A stretch of DNA of 53,766 nt from contig JAMORG010000001.1 of the NCBI GenBank assembly GCA_027063745.1, positions 1 through 53,766 of the forward strand, read 5' to 3'. Each line of letters begins with the position of its first letter. Positions within the stretch are counted from its first letter, which is position 1. Made by a program: the position numbers and the translations under genes. Below, in pieces: positions 45,933 to 53,688 of this stretch. The notes below the pieces were generated by a model, which worked only from the letters and a program-made list of their open reading frames with translations, was not told the DNA's origin and searched no databases. Source of the stretch: Sulfurimonas sp. (lineage in GTDB: Bacteria > Campylobacterota > Campylobacteria > Campylobacterales > Sulfurimonadaceae).

Positions 45933-47738
45933 TTATCCTAAAACTGCTACGACTTGACCTTCTACAACTTTGTCGTTTGTAGCAACGTTGATAGATTTAA
46001 CAACACCACCTCTTGGTGCTACTACATCGATCTCCATTTTCATAGATTCAAGAATCATAATTACATCACCTTCGTTTACACTTTGACCCGGATTAGCAAC
46101 GATTTTCCAAACATTACCCGGAAGAAGTGCTTTGATCTCAGTATCATTACCTGAAGCTGCTGCCGGAGCTGGAGTCTCAGCTGCTGCACTCTCACCATTT
46201 ACTGCTGTCACTTGGATATCTGCATCACCCTCTGCAACTTGAACACTAAACTTCTGACCATCTACTACTACTGTATAATTTCCGCTACCCATATTTGAAC
46301 TTCCTTCTTCACAATCTTTTTTCATTTCTGAAATTTTACGTACGTTTAATTCGCCTTCACCTTTAAGGAATGCGATACCTTTTTCTTGACATGCAGCTGC
46401 AATGAAGATATTTTCTTCTGTAATCTCAATATCTTCAGCTTTTAGTCTCTCGATCCAGCTCTCTAAAGATTTAGCAGGATCTGCATCAGCCAACTCTAGT
46501 GCTGTTTTTGTTGTAGGCTCTAGTTTTAACTGCTCTGAAGCGATTTTAACTACTTCTGGATCTGGCTCAACCGGAGTTTTACCGAAGTATCCAAGTACCA
46601 TTTTTCCATAACCCGGAGCAATAGCTTTCCAAGGTCCTTGCATTACATTGTTAAGTGCTTGTTGGAAATAGAACTGTGAAACAGGTGTTACAGATGTACC
46701 ATAACCACCTTTTTCAACTACCTCTTGCATAGCTGCAATGATCTCTGGGAACTTATCCATCATACCATTGTCACGAAGCATTTGCGTATTTGCAGTTAAT
46801 GCTCCACCTGGCATTGGAGAGAATGGAATGATTGGAGAGACCATTGTCGCTTCTGGTGGAACGAAATAATCTTCAAGACATGATTGAAGCTCTTTTTCGT
46901 AAGTTAAGATCTTACCAAGCTCTAGTCCACCAAGGTCAAAGTTCATACCTTTTGTTGCGTGAAGCATAGTAAGAATATCTGGCTGACTTGTTCCGCCACT
47001 TACAGGAGATGCTGCAAGATCGATTCCATCTACACCAGCTTCAAGTGCTGCCATATATGCAGAAACTGAAACACCCGCTGTCTCATGTGTATGAAGACGA
47101 ATATGAACATCTTTACCAAGAAGTTTACGACCCATTTTAATGGTCTCATAAACTTTTTGAGGGTTTGACGTACCACTTGCATCTTTAAAACAGATACTGT
47201 CAAACGGAAGACCACTGTCTAAGATATCGCGAAGTGTTTTCTCATAGAACTCAACAGTATGAGCACCATGGCACCCTGGTGGTAAGTCCATCATTGTAAC
47301 AACAGCTTCGTGTTTAAGACCATGATGGTTAATTCTCTCAGCTGAATATTTTAAGTTTTCGATGTCATTGAGTGCATCGAAGTTACGAATTGTAGTCGTA
47401 CCATGCTTTTTAAACATTTTTGCATGAAGATCTATAAGCTCTTTACTACCAGTATCAAGCATTACAGTATTTACACCACGTGCAAGTGTTTGTAGGTTTG
47501 CATCAGGACCGACAATTTCACGGAACTTGTCCATCATCTCAAATGCATCTTCTCTTAGATAGAAGTAAAGTGACTGAAAACGTGCCCCTCCACCAAACTC
47601 AAAGTGAGTGATACCAGCTGTTTTTGCTGCCTCTACTGCAGGAAGGAAGTCGTTCATAAGTACACGACCACCAAAAACCGACTGGAAACCATCTCTAAAA
47701 GTAGTATCCATTATATCAATAAATTTTTTCTTAGCCAT
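45933..47738 (-). CDS. oadA: Oxaloacetate decarboxylase alpha / pyruvate carboxylase B subunit (carboxyltransferase plus biotin carrier)
   Basis: [39 protein letters not shown] biotinylation site. Confidence 0.92.
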   Translation of the reverse strand: MAKKKFIDIMDTTFRDGFQSVFGGRVLMNDFLPAVEAAKTAGITHFEFGGGARFQSLYFYLREDAFEMMDKFREIVGPDANLQTLARGVNTVMLDTGSKELIDLHAKMFKKHGTTTIRNFDALNDIENLKYSAERINHHGLKHEAVVTMMDLPPGCHGAHTVEFYEKTLRDILDSGLPFDSICFKDASGTSNPQKVYETIKMGRKLLGKDVHIRLHTHETAGVSVSAYMAALEAGVDGIDLAASPVSGGTSQPDILTMLHATKGMNFDLGGLELGKILTYEKELQSCLEDYFVPPEATMVSPIIPFSPMPGGALTANTQMLRDNGMMDKFPEIIAAMQEVVEKGGYGTSVTPVSQFYFQQALNNVMQGPWKAIAPGYGKMVLGYFGKTPVEPDPEVVKIASEQLKLEPTTKTALELADADPAKSLESWIERLKAEDIEITEENIFIAAACQEKGIAFLKGEGELNVRKISEMKKDCEEGSSNMGSGNYTVVVDGQKFSVQVAEGDADIQVTAVNGESAAAETPAPAAASGNDTEIKALLPGNVWKIVANPGQSVNEGDVIMILESMKMEIDVVAPRGGVVKSINVATNDKVVEGQVVAVLG

Positions 47739-47746
47739 TATAATCC

Positions 47747-47986
47747 TTAACCTTGTCTATGATGTGCAATTGCCGCAGAAATTGCTGCAACTATCTTCTT
47801 TTTATCTTGTTGCTGCGCACCACCAGTTGTTTGTGCTGTTGCATTTGATTGTGGTTCAGGGAAAAATCTATGTATAATATATGACATTGCGTTCATACAC
47901 ATTATCATAATAATTAAGAATGTGAAAACAGTTCCCATTCCTAAAAACATAAATTTTACTCCCTCCATTACGAGGTTAGTTTCCAT
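47747..47986 (-). CDS. oadG: OadG family gamma subunit
   Basis: FMFLGMGTVFTFL TM helix and C-terminal VAAISAAIAHHR. Start moved to ATG 47986 (AAGG RBS). Confidence 0.9.
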   Translation of the reverse strand: METNLVMEGVKFMFLGMGTVFTFLIIMIMCMNAMSYIIHRFFPEPQSNATAQTTGGAQQQDKKKIVAAISAAIAHHRQG

Positions 47987-48185
47987 AAAATTACCTTTTT
48001 CCATAATTTGTCCAGCTAGTATAGTACAAACTTGTTTAAATAAAGTTTGTCTCATATTTAAAGTGTGAGAAATTTAGGTGAGTTGTTACTTTTTTGATTT
48101 TTTCCAATATTTAATTATTTGATTAAAAAGATTGCGTTACAATGCTATAATATAAAAAGAGCACAAACTAAAGGATTTTATTTTT

Positions 48186-48491
48186 ATGATAGCTGGAATG
48201 TATGAACAAGATTTTATGGCATATATGATTTTTGGACTTATTTTAAACTTTTTATTCTCTATACTTTTTGGAATCTATCTAAGCAAAAACATAGGGATGC
48301 AGGAGATGATCGAGTCAAAAGGGAACAAACAGCAGCCCGTTCTTGTCAGTCTGAGTCTTTTTGTTCCTTATGCAAAAATGCTTATCACACTTTACCGCGT
48401 AGCTGTGCTGCAGTTTTTCTTTTTGAACAAAGGCTACTCACATAAAGAGTTCTGGATCTATATGACAAGTGAGCAACAAGAGTCACGATGA
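48186..48491 (+). CDS. Hypothetical small membrane protein
   Basis: AAGGA RBS, upstream tgcTATAAAT-type -10 region, two hydrophobic segments. Confidence 0.7.
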   Translation: MIAGMYEQDFMAYMIFGLILNFLFSILFGIYLSKNIGMQEMIESKGNKQQPVLVSLSLFVPYAKMLITLYRVAVLQFFFLNKGYSHKEFWIYMTSEQQESR

Positions 48492-48658
48492 ATGATTTCA
48501 AATTAAAAATAGTTCTGAGTATTTTAGGGGGGATTCTTTTTTCATTTATCTTTATTTTATTGGCATTTATTTTACCAGTAGAAGAAAAAGAGGTAAAAGT
48601 TATAAAAAAACCAAAAGGCAAGCTTGAGCAGATTTCCCACTCACTGCGTGAGCGTTAA
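48488..48658 (+). CDS. 56-aa single-TM protein; not in ORF track
   Basis: ATGA overlap with the upstream stop; MNDFKLKIVLSILGGILFSFIFILLAFILPVEEKEVKVIKKPKGKLEQISHSLRER. Confidence 0.7.
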   Translation: MNDFKLKIVLSILGGILFSFIFILLAFILPVEEKEVKVIKKPKGKLEQISHSLRER

Positions 48659-48660
48659 AA

Positions 48661-49170
48661 CTACAGACTGTTTTTTATATGGATAAGTTTTATAGTATTA
48701 TAAGCGCATTGTGGATTTAACTTAATAGCACATACCTTCAATGCTTCCAAACAAACAACCAAATACTCCAAATCATCTTTTTTCATAAGTTCATAGAGTA
48801 GTTTCTCAGCATCTTTAATACGCAGATTTCTTGCAACACCCAAGTTTTTATGAGCAAGCTCCCTAAAAGGTGTATAGTCCATATTTACACTATTTATCTG
48901 TGAACTAAAAAGAGTTTTAAGATACTCTTCAAACTGCATTACAGATCGTATCACCTGCGCTACATAATCAGCCACAAGTTGATTCACAAGCTCTTCATCC
49001 AAACCAAGTTCATCAACTGCTTCTTTTGGATTGTAGCAATACTGATGGATATCTAAGTCCAAAAGAACTGTAGCCGTAAGAGTATCACATATTTGTGTTG
49101 CATCTGCCAAAAGAGCTTTTGCATCTTGGTTTTGTAAAATATAATCAAAAAAATCTAATTTTTGTAACAT
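48661..49170 (-). CDS. Hpt-like domain protein
   Basis: AVDELGLDEELVNQLVADY...ELAHKNLGVARNLRI resembles the Hpt AHxLKGxAxNL box. Confidence 0.6.
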   Translation of the reverse strand: MLQKLDFFDYILQNQDAKALLADATQICDTLTATVLLDLDIHQYCYNPKEAVDELGLDEELVNQLVADYVAQVIRSVMQFEEYLKTLFSSQINSVNMDYTPFRELAHKNLGVARNLRIKDAEKLLYELMKKDDLEYLVVCLEALKVCAIKLNPQCAYNTIKLIHIKNSL

Positions 49171-49245
49171 ACGGATAAGATAACATAATTTTTATCAAAA
49201 AAAGGAGAAATTAGGGAGAAAATTGCGGAAAAACTAAAAAAAAAC

Positions 49246-49272
49246 AAATGGATGCTACTTTAGCACCCATTT
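49246..49272 (-). terminator. Intrinsic terminator of htpG
   Basis: AAATGGaTGC...GCAcCCATTT stem followed by a long T run on the minus strand. Confidence 0.75.
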
Positions 49273-49279
49273 AAAAAGC

Positions 49280-51178
49280 TTATAATGCTTTTGTCATTAT
49301 GCGGTTAAGACGCATAGCAAAGTCAGCTGTATCATCTAACTCACGCCCGTCAAAGAGCTTCGCTTGGTCAAAAAGAACATGCGCAGCATCCTCTATGAGG
49401 TTTTGATCGCTTGTCTCTTTGAGTTTTTTTATCAACTCATGTTTAGGGTTGATCTCAAGGATTGGTGCAGGTTCATCAACATCACCAGCTTGACCCATCT
49501 GTTTCATCATCTGTGCCATCATGTATGATGGATCATCTTTGTCAACTTTTAGAGCAACCGGAGAGTCTGTAAGCTCAGTAGTTACCTCTACCTCTTTAAT
49601 ATCCTCACCTAAGAAAGTTTTGAACTCTTTTGCAAGACCTTCAAACTCTTTTGCAAGCTCTTCTTTTTCTTTTTTCTCATCTTCACTCTCATCAAACTTC
49701 GCATCTGTCGCAGGTACAAGTTTGTACTCTTTGTACTCTGTTACCATTGGGAAGATGATAGTATCTACTTCCTCATTTAAAAGAAGTACATCTATACCAC
49801 GTGCTTTGAACTTCTCAAGCACAGGAGAGTGTTTGAGCATATCTATAGAGCCTTTATTTGCAAGATAGTAGATCTCTTTTTTCTCTTCATCAACATTTTT
49901 GATAAACTCTTCAATAGTTACCATCTCATCAGAGTTAAGTGTATGGAACTTGAGCAATTCTAAGATCTTCTCACGATTTGCAAAGTCACTGTAAAGCCCT
50001 TCTTTAAGTACATTTCCAAACTCTTTGTAGAAAGTATCATATTTTTCTGGCTCTTTTTTCATCATTTTTGCAAGTTCAGAGAGCACTTTTTTGACTGATG
50101 CATTTCTGATCTTCGCCATAATAGGATTAGACTGTAAGATCTCACGACTTACATTTAACGGCAAGTCTTTAGAATCAATCACACCACGTAAGAAACGTAG
50201 GTATGTCGGCATAAGCTCTTTGTCATCATCCGTAATGAAAACACGGTTGATGTAGAGCTTCACTCCCGGCTGATAATCTACTCTGTAGATATCCATCGGC
50301 GCTTTGCTTGGAATGTAGAAGAGTGTCGTGTATTCTATCGCACCTTCGGCTTTGTGGTGCATCCACTTGAGTGGCTCTTCATTTGAGTGCGCCAGTGTTT
50401 CATAAAAAGAGATGTAGTCCTCATCTTTTAGCTCGCTCTTTGGAAGTGTCCAGAGTGCATTTGCAGAGTTAATCTGCACATTTTCTATCTCTGTACGAGC
50501 CGGCTCTATCTCTTTTCCGTCATCGTCAGTTTTTGCAGGAATGTACTTCTCTTTGTCCATAAAGATAGGGAATGGAATGTGGTTTGAGTACTTCTTAACA
50601 ATAGACTCAATACGATGCTCCTCTAAGAACTCCTCTTCACCTTCTTTAAGGTATAAGATAATCTCTGTTCCGTGTCCCTCTTTTTCTGCCGGCTCTATCT
50701 CAAACTCACCACTTCCGTCACTTATCCACTTATAAGCCTGCTCTTCACCGGCTTTTTTCGTGATAACCTCTACTTTATCAGCTACCATAAACGCAGCATA
50801 AAAACCTACACCAAACTGACCGATAAGGTGAGAATCTACTTTTTGGTCACCCGTGAGGTTCTCTAAGAATGCTTTTGTACCAGACTTAGCAATAGTACCA
50901 AGGTTGTTCATAAGGTCAACCTCGTTCATACCGATACCTGTATCTGCTACTGTCAATGTTTTGGCATCTTTGTCACGCTTGATGTCGATGCGTGGGTCAA
51001 ACTTCACATCTTTGAAGTTTGGATCTGTAAGCACGAGCATATTCAGTTTATCAAGTGCATCCGATGCATTTGAGATAAGCTCACGCAGGAAAATCTCTTT
51101 GTTTGAGTATAGTGAATGAATCATAAGTTGTAATATTTGATTTGCTTCTGTTTGAAATTGATGTTTAGCCATTTTCAT
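49280..51178 (-). CDS. htpG: Molecular chaperone HtpG (Hsp90)
   Basis: YSNKEIFLRELISNASDA, DTGIGM, LGTIAKSGT, IGQFGVGFY, LPLNVSREILQ, LEINPKH. Confidence 0.98.
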   Translation of the reverse strand: MKMAKHQFQTEANQILQLMIHSLYSNKEIFLRELISNASDALDKLNMLVLTDPNFKDVKFDPRIDIKRDKDAKTLTVADTGIGMNEVDLMNNLGTIAKSGTKAFLENLTGDQKVDSHLIGQFGVGFYAAFMVADKVEVITKKAGEEQAYKWISDGSGEFEIEPAEKEGHGTEIILYLKEGEEEFLEEHRIESIVKKYSNHIPFPIFMDKEKYIPAKTDDDGKEIEPARTEIENVQINSANALWTLPKSELKDEDYISFYETLAHSNEEPLKWMHHKAEGAIEYTTLFYIPSKAPMDIYRVDYQPGVKLYINRVFITDDDKELMPTYLRFLRGVIDSKDLPLNVSREILQSNPIMAKIRNASVKKVLSELAKMMKKEPEKYDTFYKEFGNVLKEGLYSDFANREKILELLKFHTLNSDEMVTIEEFIKNVDEEKKEIYYLANKGSIDMLKHSPVLEKFKARGIDVLLLNEEVDTIIFPMVTEYKEYKLVPATDAKFDESEDEKKEKEELAKEFEGLAKEFKTFLGEDIKEVEVTTELTDSPVALKVDKDDPSYMMAQMMKQMGQAGDVDEPAPILEINPKHELIKKLKETSDQNLIEDAAHVLFDQAKLFDGRELDDTADFAMRLNRIMTKAL

Positions 51179-51201
51179 AATCCTTTTAATTTTTTAGCGT
51201 T

Positions 51202-51230
51202 ATTCTAACACAAAAAGTTAATAGTTGCAA
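51202..51230 (-). promoter_or_regulatory. Sigma70-type promoter of htpG
   Basis: Minus strand TTGCAA (51230-51225), 17-nt spacer, TAGAAT (51207-51202) with TG extension. Confidence 0.65.
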
Positions 51231-51244
51231 GTTTTATCAAGAAA

Positions 51245-51265
51245 CTTTAGTTAATTTGACTAAAC
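51245..51265. promoter_or_regulatory. HAIR-like (HspR) operator upstream of htpG
   Basis: CTTTAGT-N7-ACTAAAC compared with the HAIR consensus CTTGAGT-N7-ACTCAAG. Confidence 0.55.
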
Positions 51266-51324
51266 TTAGTTTAGTTTTTATATCTTACTCTTTTTTGACA
51301 ATAATATTTCGCTATAATATTTCC

Positions 51325-51648
51325 ATGAATAACAGTGACTACATAAACCTCATAGAGCCCACACCAAAACTGCACTCACGCAAGTGTAAAGCTATAGCTC
51401 TGGCTCTGCGTATGTTTTTACAAGCAGCTACTCCCTTGAGTGCTCTTATAACCTGGTACTTCTATGACTACTTTGTAGCTGGAGCAACACTGCTTCTTAG
51501 TTTCATCATCATGGGCATCATCCGCTCGAAATTAAGAAACTCTGTCATCCCCCTCACGCAACAGGAGTACCACTACACTGATGATGGTATAGCCAACTGG
51601 TACACTGCAAAACGATTATGTATAGGAGAAGATAATGTTAGCAAATGA
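51325..51648 (+). CDS. Hypothetical two-TM membrane protein
   Basis: ATG 51325 lies 6 nt after gcTATAAT. The track start at 51256 runs through the promoter. Confidence 0.72.
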   Translation: MNNSDYINLIEPTPKLHSRKCKAIALALRMFLQAATPLSALITWYFYDYFVAGATLLLSFIIMGIIRSKLRNSVIPLTQQEYHYTDDGIANWYTAKRLCIGEDNVSK

Positions 51649-52267
51649 TTTTACAAAAGCCATGGAGTTTCGTCACGCCTGTAAACTCTTTGATGAAACA
51701 AAAAAGATAGATACACAAACAATCAAAAGCATTTTAGAGATAGGCAGGCTCTCACCCTCCTCTTTTGGTATGGAGCCATGGAAGTTTTTACTCATCACAA
51801 ACCAAAAGCTCAAAGAAAAACTTCGTCCACTCTGCTGGAATCAGCTGCAGATAACAAGCTGCTCACACCTTGTCATCATTCTAGCAGCCATAGAGCGCGT
51901 AAAACCATCAAGTGGCATACCGCAGAAAATGTTTGCACGCCGTGATCTTCCACAAGAGAAGATAGATGCTTACATAAAGCTCTATGGAGAGTTTTTGGCA
52001 GATACTTTTGCTAGTGATGAAAAGACCTTCGCTTGGACAAGCAAACAGTGCTACATCGCAGCAGCAAACATGATGACAGGAGCTGCTAGCTTTGGTGTGG
52101 ACTCTTGTGCCATAGAGGGCTTTGAGAAAGAAAAGGTCGAAAAGCTCTTGGAGCTAAATACAAAAGAGTACCAAGTAGCGCTTATACTGCCTTTTGGCTA
52201 TAGAGTCAATCCACAACCACAAAAAGTGCGTCTTGATTATGATGAGATAATAGAGGAGATACTCTAA
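51635..52267 (+). CDS. NAD(P)H nitroreductase family protein
   Basis: FRHACKLFD, LSPSSFGMEPWKF, DSCAIEGF, FGYR. Confidence 0.93.
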   Translation: MLANDFTKAMEFRHACKLFDETKKIDTQTIKSILEIGRLSPSSFGMEPWKFLLITNQKLKEKLRPLCWNQLQITSCSHLVIILAAIERVKPSSGIPQKMFARRDLPQEKIDAYIKLYGEFLADTFASDEKTFAWTSKQCYIAAANMMTGAASFGVDSCAIEGFEKEKVEKLLELNTKEYQVALILPFGYRVNPQPQKVRLDYDEIIEEIL

Positions 52268-53139
52268 TGACAGGAGGCTTTTTTGCACTCTTAGATGACA
52301 TCGCTACTCTTTTGGATGATGCAGCCGTAGTGAGTAAAGTAGCTGCGAAAAAAACAACCGGCATACTCGGTGATGACTTGGCTGTAAATGCTCAAAAGGC
52401 TTCTGGCTTTGCCTCATCGCGTGAGCTACCAGTTCTTTGGGCGATAACAAAAGGCTCTTTTAAAAACAAGCTTATCATCCTCCCCGTAGCCTTTTTACTC
52501 TCAGCTTTTGCGCCATGGGTGATAGTACCCATACTTATGCTTGGTGGTACCTACCTTGCCTATGAGGGTGCAGAGAAGATCTACGAATACCTAAGCGGTC
52601 ACAAAGAAAAAAAAGAGAGCCAAATAGAGCTCAGTGAAGAAGAGCTGCTAAAAGCAGAAGAAAAAAAGGTAAACTCCGCCATACGAACCGACTTCATTCT
52701 CTCTATAGAGATAGTTATCATAGCACTCGGAACGGTTATGGAACAACCTCTTCTCATTCAGATCATTGCAGTAACAGTTGTCGCTTTCTTAGCAACTGTC
52801 GGAGTCTATGGCATCGTAGCACTCATAGTTCGCATGGATGACTTTGGTTTTGCACTTATCCAAAAGGCAGATGATGAAAGCTCACTGCTACACAAACTAG
52901 GACGCATTCTCGTAGTATCACTTCCAAAAGTCATACGGGCACTCACAGTCATAGGCACATTTGCCATGCTGCTAGTTGCCGGAGGCATCTTTATGCACAA
53001 CATCCACCAACTCCACAAACTCCTACACTTCATGCCAAGCCTTTTAGGTGAAATGCTTGTAGGACTCGTAGTAGGAAGCATAGCCTTTGGAGTGCATATG
53101 CTTTATGTGAAGGTTTTTGGTAAAGAAACTTTACATTAA
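52267..53139 (+). CDS. DUF808 (YedI-like) inner membrane protein
   Basis: GFFALLDDIA, GDDLAVNA, RELPV, RTDFILSIEI, IVRMDD. Confidence 0.9.
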   Translation: MTGGFFALLDDIATLLDDAAVVSKVAAKKTTGILGDDLAVNAQKASGFASSRELPVLWAITKGSFKNKLIILPVAFLLSAFAPWVIVPILMLGGTYLAYEGAEKIYEYLSGHKEKKESQIELSEEELLKAEEKKVNSAIRTDFILSIEIVIIALGTVMEQPLLIQIIAVTVVAFLATVGVYGIVALIVRMDDFGFALIQKADDESSLLHKLGRILVVSLPKVIRALTVIGTFAMLLVAGGIFMHNIHQLHKLLHFMPSLLGEMLVGLVVGSIAFGVHMLYVKVFGKETLH

Positions 53140-53145
53140 AAGTCT

Positions 53146-53163
53146 AAGGGACATAATGTCCTT
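53146..53163 (+). terminator. Hairpin after the DUF808 gene
   Basis: AAGGGACAT-a-ATGTCCTT. Confidence 0.45.
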
Positions 53164-53302
53164 GTAATGGATTTTTCAACAATTAAATCACACTTTGTCC
53201 TTTTTAATGCTTTAAAAAGATTAAAAGGACATCTTATTTTTAAGAAAATTAGCATAAAAATTCAAAATAGTCTTAAGATATTGCAATTTGTCATGTTTTT
53301 AA

Positions 53303-53506
53303 ACAATTAACAGACATTTTCTATGGGATTTAATTTTGACAATTTTTACACCAAATATGAGTTTGTTTAACCTGCTAGCTTATGATGATATTAAATTTAA
53401 TATTACCGATAAAGATTACTGGTCTATTAGAGGTCAAATAGGTGATTTATTATCTGGTCATTTTGCTGCTTTAGCTTTTATTGGATTAATGGAATGTCCC
53501 CAATAA
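53303..53506 (+). pseudogene. Remnant of a membrane-protein gene in a very AT-rich gap
   Basis: Open frame ...MSLFNLLAYDDIKFNITDKDYWSIRGQIGDLLSGHFAALAFIGL|MECPQ* (ATG at 53357); no RBS; ends abruptly. Confidence 0.45.
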
Positions 53507-53514
53507 ACTAGACA
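53490..53514 (+). mobile_element. Possible solitary IS3-family terminal inverted repeat
   Basis: TGGAATGTCCCCAATAAACTAGACA fits the recalled IS3-type end pattern (5'-TG...CCCC..AAA..AGACA). No partner end or transposase in the window. Confidence 0.35.
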
Positions 53515-53688
53515 TAAATTAATTCAATAATTTAGATAAAATAATATGTGCTCTCTCAACAGAAAAACAGGACACAAAATAAATTATCTAAGCACTTATA
53601 TCTCTTTGCTTTTTAAAAACATTACATCATAAGCCCCTATTAACCCCCTAAGTGCTATCATTACAAAAACTAAAACAAGTATGAACTT

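Larger units (their letters stand above)
2966..51560. repeat. Dispersed over-represented octamer CTCACGCA / TGCGTGAG (at least 33 copies)
   Basis: Manual scan. CTCACGCA on + at 2966, 3227, 3576, 4284, 4524, 8781, 11266, 11646, 13229, 13241, 13382, 15568, 20910, 22331, 22772, 23320, 25351, 25498, 28049, 33374, 39213, 39883, 40903, 51080, 51375, 51553. TGCGTGAG on + at 4365, 15718, 34987, 35824, 38015, 41846, 48645. Confidence 0.85.

Noticed and set aside
47987-48055. N-terminal extension of OadG given by the track, and similar extensions at 24832, 29160, 42555 and 51256
   Set aside because: These run through promoters or neighbouring genes; the downstream starts have better RBS or -10 context.
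48527-48532. G6 run as a phase-variable tract
   Set aside because: Too short compared with typical Campylobacterota contingency tracts, and the frame is intact.
51194-51221. CIRCE (HrcA) element upstream of htpG
   Set aside because: Only the left TTAGC matches; the right arm does not fit GAGTGCTAA.
2966-51560. Octamer as a CRISPR repeat, REP element or terminator-associated uptake sequence
   Set aside because: Copies are only 8 bp, irregularly spaced, all inside ORFs and not arranged as inverted pairs in terminators. This argues against CRISPR or REP and weakens, but does not exclude, a Neisseria/Haemophilus-style uptake sequence.
325-53081. Many 60-160 aa ORFs in the track that are antisense to or nested in long genes (e.g. 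3809-4195, 21169-21660, 22491-22874, 27781-28176, 49521-49868)
   Set aside because: They lie on top of well-supported genes, lack RBSs and recognisable motifs, and look like shadow frames.
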